64,000 bases of DNA from Polyangiales bacterium (GCA_964202905.1 CAXNJO010000002.1:384001-448000); one strand, 5' to 3'; shown: positions 40,187 to 53,587, counted from the first letter of the stretch. Numbers and translations are program-made. The notes: generated by a model from the sequence alone, not told the origin.

Positions 40187-43100
40187 TCAGCGCCGGTCGA
40201 CGCCGGTGCGTTGCCGGGCCTCGGAGTGGGCGTCGGACATCGCGAAGGCGACGAGCGCGCGGGCCGCCGCGACCTTGCGCACCGCGTCCGCCCTGCGGGG
40301 ATCGCCCGTCGACGCCTCCGCGCCGGCGACGCGGAGGAGCGCGGAGACGGCGGTCGGCACCGAGCCCGTCGCGAGCAACGCAGCGCGGTCCCCGAGTTCC
40401 GAGGCGGCCGCGCCGAGACGCAGCACGTCGAACTGAGGGGCGCCGAGCATCTCGTGGAGGCTCGGCAGGAGTTCGTCGCGCACCTTGCGCGGGAGCGCCT
40501 TGCCGAAGCGCTTGGCGGCGTCGTCGAGCGACGCGGGGCTGAACCCGGGCGGCGCGTGGTTCGGGTCGTAGTGCCGCATCATGCCCGCGACGGCGATCGC
40601 GAGGTCCGCGGGCTGCGCGCGCACCGCGGCGACGAGGTTGGCACGCGCGATCTTGAGCGCCCGCGCCAGGAGAAAGAGCCGCTCGGCGGCGTCGAAACCG
40701 GGGGCGAAGAGCTCGCGTCCGACGAGGAGCGCGACGGGCTGACAGGAGATCGCCTGACAGACACGCGGCGCGGCCGGCGTCGCCCACACCTCGACGTCGC
40801 CCGCGCCGAACATCCGCGCGAGCTCCTCGAGCTGCGCGCGGAAGGGCAGGTCGCGCGCGGACACGCGCTCGGCGCGGAAGGCCTTGAGGTCGAGCGCCGG
40901 GATCGTCTTGTCGATCGCGTCGCCCGCGAGACGGAAGACCTGGCGCGCCGCGAGCGGAAGAAGGGTCGACGACGCGAGCAACTCCTCGAGCTCGGGCTCG
41001 GCGGCCGCGCCCCCTGCCCCCGGCACGCCGCCCGTCGCGTCGAGTCGCACGGGCGCATCGACGAGCGCCACGCCGACCGCCTGCGCCGTCGAGGCCGCGA
41101 CGCGCGCCGCGTCGGTGCGTCCCCGCGACGCGAGCAGCGCGACGAGCGTCTGCCAGGCCGCCGCGTCGGTGAGGTCCGCGTCGAGCGCCTGCCGCACGTC
41201 GTTGACGCCGCGGTTCAGGTGCATGGCCAGGGCCGCCTGGGCGTTCTGGCGCTCGTAGAACGCCGCGATCGTCCGCAAGATCTCGAGATCCGTCGGCTCG
41301 GCGCGGCGCACCGCCTCGAGCGCCGTCTCGGCCTCGCGGGGCTGCCCGAGCGCCTCGTGGGTGCGCGCGAGATCGAGGCGGTGCTGGCGCAGCTGGTCCG
41401 GGTCTGGATCGATCGCGGCGAGCTGCTTCAGGGCCTCGAGCGCGGACGCCCACTGCTGTTCGCGCTCGTAGAGCCGCGCGAGCCGAGCCAGCGCGGTGAG
41501 GTCCGTCGGCGCGAGCTTGAGCACGCGGCGGTACGCGGCCTCCGCGCGCTTGGGATCGGGGATGTGGTCGTCGTAGATCACGCCGAGTCGCGCGAAGACG
41601 TCGCGCAGCTCGTCGAGCTCCTTCGTGAGCTTGGCGATGCGGATGCACGCCTCCGCCGCGCCGCGCCAGTCGCCGCCCGCCGCGCAGAGATCGGCGAGGC
41701 GTCGCAAGGCCTCGAGGCGCTCCGGGTCGAGCGCCAGCGCTGCGCGCAGCGAGGCGCTGGCCCCCGCGGCGTCGCCGAGCTTCTCGCAGATCGCCGCCGT
41801 CCGCTCGTGCAGCGCGACCATGGCCGCTGGCTCACCACCCGCGGCCACGCGCTCCGCCGTGAGCCCCGCGAGCCGGCGCAGGTCGCCGCGCTGCTCGAGG
41901 AGCGCAGCGAGACGCTCGAACACGTCGGCGTGCGCGACGTCCACCTTCGCCGCCTCCTCGAGCGCAGCGAGCGCGCGCGAGGCGTCGTCGGCCTCATCCT
42001 GCCAGAGCACGCCGGCGCGGTGCCAGAGGCGCGCGATCCGACGCGGGACGCGGGCGGCGCGGGCGGCCGACTCGAGCGCCTCCGCAGCGCCACGGGGGTC
42101 CGCCGAGTCGAGGCGAAGCCGCGCGAGCTCTTCGGCCGCGACGGGGTGCTCGGGCGCCAGCTGCACGGCCTCCCCGAGGGCCTGCGCGGCCTCGCCCGGC
42201 GCACCGGTGCGCTCGAGCAGCTCAGCGACCCGCAGCGTCGCGCTCGCGCGCTCGGCCGGCGTCGCGAGGAGCGCCGCGACGGCCCGCGCGGCGAGGAGCT
42301 GCGCGCTCGACGCACCGCGCGCCTGCGCCGCCGCTTCGACGCGACGCGCGAGCCAGAGGTCGAGGCGCGCGCGCGAGGCGACCCCGAGGAGGAGTTCGTC
42401 GGCGGCGTCACCGGACGCATCCGGCGCGCTGAGCTGGAGTTGCGCCGCGAAGCGCGCCAAACCTGCGAGATCGTTGGGATCGCCGAGGTGGGCGACGAGC
42501 TTCTGCGCGACCCCGACGAGGTCCTCGTCGCGGCCCTGCGCCAGGAAATGGCGCTCGAGCGCGCGGAGGCTGGGGATGTGACCGGGTGCGAGTTCGAGCA
42601 GCGCTTGCAGCGAGAGCATCGCGCTGGCCGCGTCGCCACGCTCGCGGAGATCGAGATCGGCGAGGGCCTCGAGCGCCTGCACGCGCGCCGCGTCGTCGGC
42701 CGCGTCGCGTACCGCCTCGAAGCGGCGGTCGGCGACGAGCGCGAGGGCGCCCGCCGCGATCTCGAGGCGATCGCGCACGGCGAGCGCGAAGGCGTCCGGC
42801 CCCTCGGCCAGCACCGCCCGCACGAGCGTGAGCGCGCGGGCCGGCTCACCGGCGTCCTCCCACGCGGCGGCAGCGCGCAACCGGGCGGCGCGGAGCCACT
42901 CGCCCTCCGCCCCCTCGCAGGCGGCCTCGACGAGCGCCGCGCGTTCCGCCGGCGGCAGCTCGGCGGAGAAGCGCGAGAGCAGGTCGTCGATGACGGCGTC
43001 GCCCGGGACCTCGCCGCGCGCCTGCGCGTACAGCGCGATGGCCGGGGTCACGTCGCCCATGGGCTGGAGCAACGCCGCACGCACGTAGCGCCCCGCGCGC

Positions 43101-46100
43101 TCGCGCGGATCGACGGCGCGCGCCGCGAGCCCCTCGTGCGCCTCGCGCAGCAGGTCGTGGTCGGCGCGGGCGCGCGCGACGGACTCGAGCGCCCAGAGCG
43201 CGGGCCCGTAGCCGGGCACGACGTCGAGCGCCTGCCGCAGCGGGGTCGCCGCGTCGTCGCCCGCCGCCACGCGCGCCCGACCGGCCATCGTCGCGGCGAA
43301 CGCCGCGCGGGTCCCGGCCGCGCCCGCAGCCTCCTCGAGCCAAGCATCAGCCGCGCCCTCGACGGCGACACGCGCGAGCGCGCGCAGCACGATCGGCGCG
43401 CCCGGCGTGAGCCCGCGCGCCGCAGCGAGGCAGGCCGCGGCCTCGGTCGCGTCACCGCGCGAGAGCGCGTGTTCGGAGAGCGCGAGGAACGCACCCACGC
43501 GCGCCTCCGGGTGGACCCGCTCGGCGCGTCGGCGCAGCGCCGCGCCCAGCTCGTCGGCGTCACCCGCTGCCGCCGCGACATCGAGCGAGAGCACGTCGAC
43601 GAGCAGCGGGTCCACGCCCTCGCGCGCAGCCGCCGCGACCCACTCGCGCTCGGACGGCCCCGCCTCGCGGACGGCCTTCGCAGCCGCGGTGAGCGCGGCG
43701 CCCGGCGCATCCCCGTCGGCCGCCTCGACCGTGAGCGGGAGCCGCGACGCGTCGCCCGCCTGCCGCGCGAGCACGTCACGCACGAGGCGCACCACGCCGA
43801 GCGAGGGATCGGCGAGCGCGGCGTCGCGCAGCGCGTGGTCCGCGCCCTCGAATTCGCCCGCGGCCGCGCGCTCGTCGGCGAGCTCCAACAGCGCGAGCGC
43901 GCGCGCGGTTCCGCCGACCGCCGCCGCGGAGGCGACGAGCGCGGCGGTCCGGGCCTCGCGATCCGCGCGCGCGCCGGCGGCCGCTGCGCGCGCGCGCGCC
44001 GCGTCGAGCCCGTCCGCGCCCGCGAGCATGCGCAGGCGCGGCGCGAGCGCCCCGCGCCCCGATCGAGAAAGCGCGCCGCGGCGCACCGCAGGGCCGCGGC
44101 GATCCGCGTGTCGCCCGCGCGCTCCACGGCGCGCCCGAGGGCCGCGGCCGCCGTGTCGGAGTCGTCCTGTCGCCGCGCCGCCCGCGCGAGCCCCTGCCGC
44201 ACCGACGCGGGCACCTGCGATCGAGCCGGCCGCGCGACCGTGCATCCAGCTGCGCGCGCCGCGTCGCCAGCGCGCTCTGCCGCCCGCGCCGCGTCGACCA
44301 GCAGCGCCGCGCGCCCCGGGAGATCGGTCCAGAGGCCCGCCGCGCGCTCGCGCGCCGCTTCGGCCGCCTCGACGTCCCCGGCCGCCGCGCACTCCTCCGC
44401 GAGCAGGAGCGCCGCCACGACCGCCGCGGGGCGGGCATCGGCCGCCCCCTGCGCGGCCGCGCGCGCCGCCACGCGATCCCCGAGCGCCCCACCGCGGACC
44501 TCGGCGATCGCGGCGAGCACGAGCCCCCGCTCGCCAGCCTCGAGCGGCAGCGCGGCCTCGGCCTCGAGGAGCGTCGCGACCTCCGCCCACGCACCGCGCA
44601 CGACGGCGTCGCGCCGGAGCGTGCGCAGCACGTACACGTCGGTCGGGTCGGCCTCACGTGCTTGCGCCCAGAGCGCGCGGGCCTCGTCACCGCGACCGAG
44701 CTGGCCGAGATGCTCGGCCGCCGCGCTCAAGAGCGCGCGCGCGCGCCGCCTCGAACGCGCTCGGCGAGATCGACCAGCAGCATCGCGCGGGCACGCAGCG
44801 CATCGGGCGCGCGACCGACGAGGGGAAAGCGCTCGGCGCGCGGCTTGCGCGTACGCACGGTGCGGAGGGCCGTCGCCGCGCCGCGGTCCGGACGCGCCGC
44901 GGTCGCAGGCGCCGTGATGACCGGCGCGTCCGGCGCGGCGTCGGGCGCCGCCGACGCCTCCGGAAGAACCTCGGACGACGCGACCAACGGACGACGCGAC
45001 CAACGCGTCCGACGATGCGTCGACGTCCGACGACGCGACCAACGCGTCCGACGATGCGTCGACGTCCGACGACGCGACCAACGCGTCCGACGATGCGTCG
45101 ACGTCCGACGACGCGACTTCCACCGACGACGCGTCCGCCGCGCCGATGTCGAGCCCGGGGCTCGAGTCGTCCACGAACGACACGGCGGCGTCGGAGGCGT
45201 CGACCCCATGGGCGGGGAACATCGGCGCCTCGTCACCATCGCCCGGGATGCCATCCGAATGCGACGCGGACGCGGCCTCGCCGCCGAGGGTGTCGAGCGG
45301 GGGAGGCAGGACGGAGGGCGAGACGGCCGAACCCGCCGACGAGTCGGCTCCCGAAGCGCGCGCGGCAGCGCGGGCCGCGAGCGCGGCGAGCGACCCCGAC
45401 AGCGGCCGTTTCCCCGGCGCGGCCGGCGCCGACGGTTCCGCGGCGTCCGCCAGAGCCGGCGGGGCCGACACGCGCTGCGAGGGGAGCGGCGGAGGCACCG
45501 ACGACCACGCGGGGGGCAGGGACGGCGGCGTCAGGATCCGCTCACCGTCGGAAGGAATGGGGGCTGCCGACGCGAACGCCGGCGGGGGGGCCGACGCGAG
45601 CGGCGCAGGCGGGCCGGAGGGGCGCGGCGGGGCGGACTCGACGGGTGGGCCCGGCGGGGTCGCGAGCGAGGGGGCGCGCGGCGACGCCAGGGGCCGGGGC
45701 GGGGCCGAGAGCGCGCGCGGCACCGGAAGCGGACGCGGGGCTCCGGGTCCGGCCGGAGCCGATGCGCCCGAACCGGGGGCGCGTGGCGCCGAGGGGCGGT
45801 CGGGACCGGCGGATGGCGCTGCGCGCGCGACGCTGGGTACGCGCGGCGGCAGCGGCGCGATGGGGGCCGGGCGCACGGCCGGAACCACGGACGGCGCAGG
45901 CTCGCGGCCGATGTCGAGCACGCTGAGCATCGCGTCGATGTCGTCGTCGTCGGTCTCGGGCGCCGGGGCCAAGCCCGACGCGGCGGTGCCGGCGCGGGAC
46001 GCATCGCCCGCGGGCGCCCCCGTGGGTGCCGGCGGCGGAGGTGGGCGCGTGGGGGTGTCGTGAAGCGCCTCGTCTCGGGCGAGCAGGAGCGAGTCGATCA

Positions 46101-46536
46101 GCTCGCGCGGGATGTTCGCAACGCGCGTCGCGCCCGAGGCGTCGTCGTCGAAATCGAGGAACGAACCGCCGACCTCTTCTTCGGAACGGGGAACGCGCGT
46201 CGGCAGTTCGTCCTCCATCCCATCGAAGAGCGAGTCGCTCGCGGGGGCGCTGCCGGGGGGCGCGCTGAGCGCGGGCATCGGCTGGGTCCCCGGCACGGCC
46301 GGCACCGACGACACACGTGCCGGCACCACGGACAAGACCTGGGGCGGGTTCGACGAGCTCGGCGGCCGATAGAGGGGGCGTGAAGGCGCCGGCTCGGGCT
46401 TGCCCTCGCCCGGCGCGACGGACGCCGCTGGGGGCACGTCGAGCGGCTTGCCGCCGTCGTCCCAATCGCCGAGGGCGTCGCCCCAGTCGAGGTCGAAGTC
46501 GCCCGGACCACCACCGCTCTTCGGGTCGTTGCTCAC
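40187..46536 (-). CDS. Giant TPR-repeat protein (~2100 aa), interrupted by frameshifts; Pro/acidic disordered N-terminus and M48-like C-terminal domain
   Basis: Reconstructed across ORFs 43048..46536, 44727..45254 and 40187..44590 with frame switches near 44980, 44740 and 44050; many A.....AL..DP TPR motifs. Confidence 0.7.
44974..45121 (-). repeat. 39-bp tandem repeat x3 (VASSDVDASSDAL) plus a truncated 16-bp copy
   Basis: Units start at 44990, 45029 and 45068; partial unit 44974-44989 coincides with a frameshift. Confidence 0.85.
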
Positions 46537-49500
46537 GTCAGCCCCAGCTCGCGCCGCATCGCCAGCGCGTCCAACGAGGTCCAGAAGTCCACGAGATCAC
46601 GGGCATGCTCGCTGCCCTGCGCTGCGGCACGCGAGACGCCAGCCGGCAACGCAGCGTCGAGCGCAGGCGCCGGGTCTGCGGCGAGAATCAGGCCTGCCCG
46701 CGCGAGACCCCGCGCGAGGTTCCGCGCCCCGGCGAGGAGCGCTTCCGGCCGCGCGTCGAGACCACGCGTCGCGTCCGGAATCGCCTTGCGAACGCGGCGG
46801 GAGACGGCCTTGCCGAGGAGGGCGGCGGCCTCGTCCACGCCGCGGACGCCGGCACCCGCCGCGAGCGGCGCGCCGGCGGCGGCCGCGAGTCCGAGCGCGA
46901 ACCGCGGCCACTCGTCGACGTCGCGCGCGAGCAGCGGCGCGACACCCAGCCGGAGCGCGAACGCGAGCCGCCCGACGCGCTGCCGCGCGGACGGCGAGAG
47001 CGGAACGCCGACGCCGGCGCCGAGGATCCAGATCGGCGCCTCGCCCTCGCGCGGAATCGCCGCGATGAGACCGGGATCGCGGCCGCCGACGTAGAGGTCA
47101 CCGACCGAGACGCCAAAGGCCTTCACCAGGGCCAGAAGCTCGTCGCGAACCGGGCTCGGATCCTTCGGACCGACCCGCTCGCCGCGCCCGACGCCGTAGC
47201 GCGCAGGCTCGAGCCGATCGGCCTCGACCAGCGTCTCGCCGACGAGCGCGAGGAGCGGCGTGAGACCGCCCGCTGCGGTCGCCAATCCGTCGGTGCCGCG
47301 GAGGCGCCCGAACGACGCGTCGGCGAGCGCGGACGTCGGGCGGCGCGTCGCCGGCCCGGGCAGCGAGAGCAGCAGGTTGCGCTCGTCGGCCGTCGCCTCG
47401 CCGAGCGCCGCGAGGAGCGCGAGCACCGTGCGCTCGAGCACGACGTCGCGACGCCAGACGGCGGCGCGGCGCAGCTTGCGGAGCACGACGGGGTCCGTGG
47501 GGTCGGCGCGCAGTTCGCCGCGCACGGCGGCCTCGAAACGCTCCGAGAGCCCCTGCCGCGCGCCGTCGTCCAGCAGGGCCGCGAGCATGTCCCCCGCGGC
47601 GACGTCGGTTGGCACGGCCTCGAGCGCTCGGCCGAGCGTGAGCGCGGCGCCAGCCGGGTTCGCGAGTTGGTCGCGGCAGATCAGCGCGGCGCGGCGGACG
47701 AAGGCTGCACGCGCGGCGCCGCTCGCGAGGTCCGCGGCGCGGTCGAGCGCGTCGGCGGCGTCCTCGAAACGCCCCGCGCGCTCGGCGATGTCGGCCATCT
47801 TGCCGTAGAGCGCCGCATCGGCGAGCCCCGCGGCGGCCGCGGCCCGCAGCTCCGCGAGCGCCCCCTCCGCGTCGCCGAGTTTCGCCTCGAGGAAGTCCGC
47901 GGCACCGAGGCGCGCGATCCGCCGCTGCGCGGTCGGCACATCCGCCTGCGCCAGCGCGCGCAGGGCCTCGACGGCGTCGGCGTAGCGCTCCAGGGAGACC
48001 GTCGTCTCGACCATCAGCGCGAGGCCGCCGACGTGCTCGCCCTCGAGCATGAGCAGGTTCTCGAGCGCCGCGACCGCGCCGTCGAGATCGCCTCGGGAGC
48101 GCCGGATGCGCGCGAGTTCGTAGAAGAGGCGCACGAGCTCCGCGTCGTCGTCGACGGTGTCGATGCGCGACTCGACGAGCGCCTCGAGGGACGCCGCGTC
48201 GCCGCGCTCCGCGAGCAGATCGTGAAGGCGACCGTAGGCGATCGGCCGGGCCATGCCGCCCGCCGCGAGCGCGCGCCGCAGCCGCGCGACCGCGTCTTCG
48301 TCGCGGTCGGGCAGGCGATCCATGAGGACGGCCGCCGCCTCCTCCAGGAGCTCCGCGGCGAACTCCGGGCGCACGACCTCCGCGAGCCGATCGCAGGCGC
48401 CGACGACGTCCTCCCAGTGCTCGGCCTCGCGCGCGGCGACGCGCATCGCCTCGAGCGACGCGAGGTCGTCCGGGTCGGCGCGCAGGGCGGCGGTGAGCGT
48501 CTCCCACGCCTCGGCCGCCTGCCCGCTCACGAGCTGCGCGCGGCCGAGCGCCGCCGTGAGCGCGGGGTGCGCCGCGACGCCTGCATGCGCGACGCGGGCG
48601 GAGAGCGCGCGCACGCGGACCTCGGCGTCGTCCGTCGTGGTGGTGGTGTCGTCGAGCGCGACCGCTGCCGCGAGGGAGTCGGGCGCCACGTCGGCGAGCG
48701 CGCTCGCCGCGAGGAGGCAGTCGTCGATCGCGCGGCCTCCCTCGTGCAGGAGGCGCGCGCGGAGGGCGGCGAGCTCGAACTCGAACGCGGCGTCGGCGTC
48801 GCTCGTGGCGGAGGCGAGCCCCGAGAGCGCCTCGGCGCGCGCGCTGCCCGGGCCCGCGGCGCGGAAGGCCGCGAGGAGCGCCCAGCGATCTTCCGGGTCG
48901 TGCGCGAGGACGTCGGCCGCGTGCGCTGCGGCGCGCGACGCGGCGTCCGCCGTGCCGGACACGAGCGCGAGCCCGCCGCGCTCCCGCGCGAGCGCAGGCG
49001 CGGAGGCGGCCGCGCGGGAGAGACGCTCGAGCGCGAGTTCTTGAAGCGCGGCGTCGCCGAACGCGTCAGGCGCGGTCGCGAGCGTCGCGGCGGCGAGCGC
49101 CCCCACCTCCGGGTCCGCGAGCACCCCGCGCAAAAGCGCGGAGGCGCGGGGCGTGTCGCGGTCGAGGAAGGCGATGTCCTCGGCGAGCGCGAGCGCCGCA
49201 CGCGAAGCCGGCCCGTCCACGGCTTCCGCGGCAGCGAGCCCCTCGCGGGCGCGCCGCAGGGCAGCGGCGTCGGCCGTCTTCGCGGCGAGCCGTGCGAGCG
49301 CGTGCCACGGCGAGCTCGTCGCCCCGGCGCGCTCCGCGACCTCCGCGTACGTGCGGCAGGCGAGCGCGGCGTCCCCGGCGGCCTCGGCTGCGGCGCCCGC
49401 GAGCAAGAGCGCCATCTCGGCCGCCCGATCGCCCTGCTGCGCGGCCGCGGCCTCGCGGAGCAGCGCGACGATCTCTTCGGCCTCGCCGCGGGACCGGTGC

Positions 49501-51839
49501 AGCGCCTCGAGCAGCGCGACCGCGTAGCGACTCCCCGGCACGCGCCCGAGCGCCGCCCGCAGCGCCCGCAGCGCCCCCGTTTCGTCCCCGAGCGCCACGC
49601 GCGCACGCCCCGCCGCGGCGAGGTGTGCAGCCGCGGACTCGTCGTCCTCGGCGCCGGCCGCGAGCGCCTCGTGCGCGGCCGCGAGCAAGGCGCGGTTCCC
49701 CGTCGACGCCGCGTGGACGCGCGCCGCGTCGGGCGCCCAATGCGACTCCGCGGGCTCCGCGACGACGCCGGTCAGCAGCGCGTCGAGCTCGGCCGCGCCG
49801 CCCTCCGTCGCGCGCAGCAGGGACACGCGCTCGCGCAGCAGGGCCGAGCGCTCCGCGGCCTCGAGCGACAGCGCGAGCAGCGCCGCGCCGGACTCGAGGG
49901 CGCCCGATGCATCGCCGAGTCGCAGCGCCGCACCGTGGGCTTCGCGCAGAATGGTAATGGGCTCGGCGACGAGCGAGGACGCGAGCGTGTAAAGCGCCCG
50001 CGCGCGCGTCGCATCCCCCAGCTCGTCGGCGGCGAGTTGCGCGGCGCGGAGAGCGGCGTCGGCGCGCACCTCGGGCGGGGACGACGCGGCGAGCGCCTCG
50101 ACCTCGAGGCGGGCGAGCCGCTCGGCGTGGAGGCCGTCGTCGGCCGCGAGATCGTCGAGGATCGCGGCCGACGCAGCGCCCCGCGGGTCGACGGCGAGCG
50201 CCGCATCGAGCGCGGCGCGCGCACCGGCCCGATCGCCCTGCGCGAGCGCGAGCTCGGCGATGCGGAAATGCAGGGCCGCGGCGTGTCGCCCGACGCCGGC
50301 CGCCCCGAGCAGCGCGCGCGCCTCGGCGGCCGCGCCCTCCACGTCCCCGGCGAGCTCACACGCGAGCATGCGCTCGTGTCGAAGCAGCGGCGCATCCGGA
50401 CGCAGGGCGAGCGCCTGCGCGTAGGCCTGCGACGCCCCAGCGCCATCGCCGAGCGCGAGCGCCCGGATCCGCCCCGCCTCGCGCCAGAGGGCCGCGGCTT
50501 CTGCGTCCGCGCGCTCGGCGTCGTCGAAACGCTGCACGGAGAAGAGACCCGAGCCCTGCCCGTGATTTTCGCCGCGCGCCGCCGCGCCGGCGAGCACCGC
50601 GCGCGCCTCCAACGCCTCGACGAGCGCCGCCGCGCGCCCGTGCCGACGCGCGATCTGCGCCCACTGCCACAGCGCCCGCCAGCGACCCGCCGGCAGCGCC
50701 GAGGCCTCGCGGAGCGCGGCCAGCGCGCCGTCCACGTCGCCGGCCGCCTCCCGCGTCCAGGCGGTTTCCGCGAGCAGCGTCCCGCGCAGCACGGGATCGG
50801 CGACGTGCGCCGCGCGCGCGGCGGCGACCCCCGCGGCCGCGTCCGCGTCGCCCGCCGCGTAGAGGAGACGCTCGAACGCGAGCGACGCGGCGAGGCTCCC
50901 CGGCTCGAGCGCGAGCACCTGGCCGAACAGCGCGCGCGCGCGGGACTCCTCGCCCGGTCGCGCACCCAGGCGCACGGCCTCGTCGAGCAGGGCGGACGCC
51001 TTCTCGGCGGGGCTCGCGGCCGCCTCCGCCTCCGCCTCGTAGAGCGGCCCGAGGAGGTGCAGCGCGCGGCGGCGTTCGGCGATCCGCGTGAGCGCGAAGA
51101 GCGGGGGACGGAAGGCGGCCACCGACGCGAGCGCGCCACGGTATTCGTCGACGACCGCGGCGTCCTCGCCACCGCGACGCTCGACGAGGTGCCCGACCTC
51201 GTAGCGCAGCACCGCGCGTCGGAGCGGGTCCGGGTCTGCGTCGTGCTCGGCGCGCAACGCCGCGATGCGCACGTTCTGCGCATCCCGGGGAGCACGGACC
51301 TCCTCGGCGGACACCGCGGGCGCAGACGCAGGCAGGTCTTCGGGCGCCGCAGGCTCCGCCGGCGCAGCCGCCGAGACCGCGCGGGGAGCAGGAGGCGCCG
51401 GCGCGGCGGCGCGGAGACCCGGCGGCGGGGGCGGCATGGGTGCCAGCGTCCGCGGCGGCGCGGGGGGCGGACGACGCGGCGGCTCCGGCGCCGCGGCCGT
51501 GGGCGCGATCGCCGTGGACGACGCCCCCTCCGCGGCCACCGCGAGGTCGACGGGCTCCGCCTCGACGGCGATCGACGCCTCCGACGCGGCTTCCGACCCT
51601 GACGTCGCCAACTCGTCGGTGGGCTGCGTGCTCGACGCCGCGTCACCGGATGCCGCCACGCCCTCGAGGGGCTGCGCGCCACCGGGCTGCGGCTCATCGA
51701 AGACGAGCTCGAGGACCTCGTCGGCCGCGCCGTCGCCGGGCGCGAGGTCGTGCGCCGCGGCGCCCTCCCCGCCGGCCTCACGGAGGTCGAGGTCGGAACC
51801 GGGGAGGTCGGTGGGACGCGGAGGGGGTGTGGTGGCCAT
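46533..51839 (-). CDS. Giant TPR-repeat protein (1768 aa) with M48-like C-terminal domain
   Basis: Long intact ORF with Ala/Leu-rich TPR-like helices; Pro-rich N-terminus; stop overlaps next start (GTGA). Confidence 0.85.
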   Translation of the reverse strand: MATTPPPRPTDLPGSDLDLREAGGEGAAAHDLAPGDGAADEVLELVFDEPQPGGAQPLEGVAASGDAASSTQPTDELATSGSEAASEASIAVEAEPVDLAVAAEGASSTAIAPTAAAPEPPRRPPPAPPRTLAPMPPPPPGLRAAAPAPPAPRAVSAAAPAEPAAPEDLPASAPAVSAEEVRAPRDAQNVRIAALRAEHDADPDPLRRAVLRYEVGHLVERRGGEDAAVVDEYRGALASVAAFRPPLFALTRIAERRRALHLLGPLYEAEAEAAASPAEKASALLDEAVRLGARPGEESRARALFGQVLALEPGSLAASLAFERLLYAAGDADAAAGVAAARAAHVADPVLRGTLLAETAWTREAAGDVDGALAALREASALPAGRWRALWQWAQIARRHGRAAALVEALEARAVLAGAAARGENHGQGSGLFSVQRFDDAERADAEAAALWREAGRIRALALGDGAGASQAYAQALALRPDAPLLRHERMLACELAGDVEGAAAEARALLGAAGVGRHAAALHFRIAELALAQGDRAGARAALDAALAVDPRGAASAAILDDLAADDGLHAERLARLEVEALAASSPPEVRADAALRAAQLAADELGDATRARALYTLASSLVAEPITILREAHGAALRLGDASGALESGAALLALSLEAAERSALLRERVSLLRATEGGAAELDALLTGVVAEPAESHWAPDAARVHAASTGNRALLAAAHEALAAGAEDDESAAAHLAAAGRARVALGDETGALRALRAALGRVPGSRYAVALLEALHRSRGEAEEIVALLREAAAAQQGDRAAEMALLLAGAAAEAAGDAALACRTYAEVAERAGATSSPWHALARLAAKTADAAALRRAREGLAAAEAVDGPASRAALALAEDIAFLDRDTPRASALLRGVLADPEVGALAAATLATAPDAFGDAALQELALERLSRAAASAPALARERGGLALVSGTADAASRAAAHAADVLAHDPEDRWALLAAFRAAGPGSARAEALSGLASATSDADAAFEFELAALRARLLHEGGRAIDDCLLAASALADVAPDSLAAAVALDDTTTTTDDAEVRVRALSARVAHAGVAAHPALTAALGRAQLVSGQAAEAWETLTAALRADPDDLASLEAMRVAAREAEHWEDVVGACDRLAEVVRPEFAAELLEEAAAVLMDRLPDRDEDAVARLRRALAAGGMARPIAYGRLHDLLAERGDAASLEALVESRIDTVDDDAELVRLFYELARIRRSRGDLDGAVAALENLLMLEGEHVGGLALMVETTVSLERYADAVEALRALAQADVPTAQRRIARLGAADFLEAKLGDAEGALAELRAAAAAGLADAALYGKMADIAERAGRFEDAADALDRAADLASGAARAAFVRRAALICRDQLANPAGAALTLGRALEAVPTDVAAGDMLAALLDDGARQGLSERFEAAVRGELRADPTDPVVLRKLRRAAVWRRDVVLERTVLALLAALGEATADERNLLLSLPGPATRRPTSALADASFGRLRGTDGLATAAGGLTPLLALVGETLVEADRLEPARYGVGRGERVGPKDPSPVRDELLALVKAFGVSVGDLYVGGRDPGLIAAIPREGEAPIWILGAGVGVPLSPSARQRVGRLAFALRLGVAPLLARDVDEWPRFALGLAAAAGAPLAAGAGVRGVDEAAALLGKAVSRRVRKAIPDATRGLDARPEALLAGARNLARGLARAGLILAADPAPALDAALPAGVSRAAAQGSEHARDLVDFWTSLDALAMRRELGLT

Positions 51840-52017
51840 GGGGGGTGGGCCGACGCGGAGCCGCGCGGCGAGCCGGCGCGCCTGCCGTCGGCGCCTTGGA
51901 GGGAGGGTTCGGACCGCGGCTCGCGACTATACGCCCCGTCCCCTGCGGCTAGAACCGAAAACGCGTCCCCCCCGCGGGCGCGGCGGCGGCAGGCGACCGC
52001 GTGCTACATGCGGCGCC

Positions 52018-53577
52018 ATGTCACAGCCCAGCCGTACCGTGGCGCTCGCCGCGCCGTGGACGCTCGACGACCTGTGGGACCTCGCGCACGGCACCGCCCG
52101 CCTCACCTTCCCCGACGGGGCGCGCGCCGCCGTCGCGGCCTCCCGCGCGTTCGTCGACCGCCTCGCCGCCTCGGGCGCGGACGCCCCCAACGTCTACGGC
52201 GTCAACACCGGCTTCGGTGCGCTCGCCGAGACGCGCATCGCCCCCGACGACGTGCGGTCATTGCAGCGCAACCTCATCCGCAGCCACGCGTGCGGCGTCG
52301 GACCCGACCTGCCGCGCCCCGCCGTCCGCGCGATGATCGCGCTCCGCGCGCAGGTCCTCGCGCTCGGGTACAGCGGCGTCCGCCCCGACATCGTCGAACT
52401 GCTCGTCGGGCTGCTCGATCACGACGTCTGCCCGCGCATCCCGGCGCAGGGTTCCGTCGGCGCGTCGGGCGATCTCGCGCCGCTCGCGCACCTCGCGCTC
52501 GTGCTGATCGGCGAAGGCGAAGCCGACGTCGGGGGCACGCGACTCTCCGGTGCGGATGCGCTGGCGAAGGCCGGACTCCGCCCCGTCGTGCTCGAGGCGA
52601 AGGAGGGCCTCGCGCTCATCAACGGCACGCAGCTCATGATCGCCGTCGGCGGCCTCGCGACGGTGCAGGCCGAGCGGCTCTGCACGATCGCGGACATCAC
52701 GGGCGCGATGTCGCTCGAGGCGCTGCAGGGCACGGGGCGCCCCTTCGATCCGCGCATCGAGCGCGTGCGGCCCCACCCCGGCCAGGCCGAGACCGCGGGC
52801 AATCTGCGCAAGCTGCTCGCGGGCAGCGAGATCGCCGAGTCGCACCGCGACTGCAAGAAGGTGCAGGACCCGTACTCGCTCCGCTGCATGCCGCAGGTGC
52901 ACGGCGCGACGCGTGACGCGCTGCGCTTCGTGCGGGCGACGCTCGAGCGCGAGCTCGTCGCCGCGACGGACAACCCGCTCATCTTCGTCGACGAGCACGG
53001 CGACGCCGAGGTGCTGAGCGGCGGCAACTTCCACGGCCAGCCGCTCGCGCTCGCGCTCGACCTCGCGGCCATCGCGACGAGCGAGCTCGCGAGCATCAGC
53101 GAACGCCGCCTCGAACAGCTCGTGAACCCCGCGATGAGCTCGGGGCTGCCGCCCTTCCTCGCGCCGCGCACCGGCCTCGACAGCGGCTTCATGATGGCGC
53201 AGGTCACCGCGAGCGCGCTCGTCAGCGAGAACAAGATCCTCTCGCACCCGGCGAGCGTCGACTCCATCCCCTCCTCCGCCGGCAAGGAGGATCACGTCTC
53301 GATGGGCAGCATCGGCGCGCGCAAGCTGCACGAGGTCGTGCGCCACGTGCGCGACGTGCTCGCGATCGAGGCGATGGTGAGCGCGCAGGGCCTCGACCTG
53401 CGCCTGCCGCTCGCGCCCGGCGTCGGCGTCCGCGCGGCCCACGCGGCGGTGCGCGCCCACGTGCCGACGCTCACCGAGGACCGCCCGCTCTACCTCGACA
53501 TGGCGGCGTGCGCGCGCCTCCTCGACGACGGCACGCTCGCGGCCGCGGCCGACGCGGCATGCGGCGGTCTCGCCTGA
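52018..53577 (+). CDS. hutH: Histidine ammonia-lyase
   Basis: [35 protein letters not shown] (MIO), [35 protein letters not shown]. Confidence 0.96.
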   Translation: MSQPSRTVALAAPWTLDDLWDLAHGTARLTFPDGARAAVAASRAFVDRLAASGADAPNVYGVNTGFGALAETRIAPDDVRSLQRNLIRSHACGVGPDLPRPAVRAMIALRAQVLALGYSGVRPDIVELLVGLLDHDVCPRIPAQGSVGASGDLAPLAHLALVLIGEGEADVGGTRLSGADALAKAGLRPVVLEAKEGLALINGTQLMIAVGGLATVQAERLCTIADITGAMSLEALQGTGRPFDPRIERVRPHPGQAETAGNLRKLLAGSEIAESHRDCKKVQDPYSLRCMPQVHGATRDALRFVRATLERELVAATDNPLIFVDEHGDAEVLSGGNFHGQPLALALDLAAIATSELASISERRLEQLVNPAMSSGLPPFLAPRTGLDSGFMMAQVTASALVSENKILSHPASVDSIPSSAGKEDHVSMGSIGARKLHEVVRHVRDVLAIEAMVSAQGLDLRLPLAPGVGVRAAHAAVRAHVPTLTEDRPLYLDMAACARLLDDGTLAAAADAACGGLA

Positions 53578-53587
53578 GCGCGCGACC

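Noticed and set aside
52018..53577. Ammonia-lyase as part of a secondary-metabolite cluster (PAL/TAL/aminomutase)
   Set aside because: LIRSH segment fits histidine specificity and no NRPS/PKS genes are adjacent
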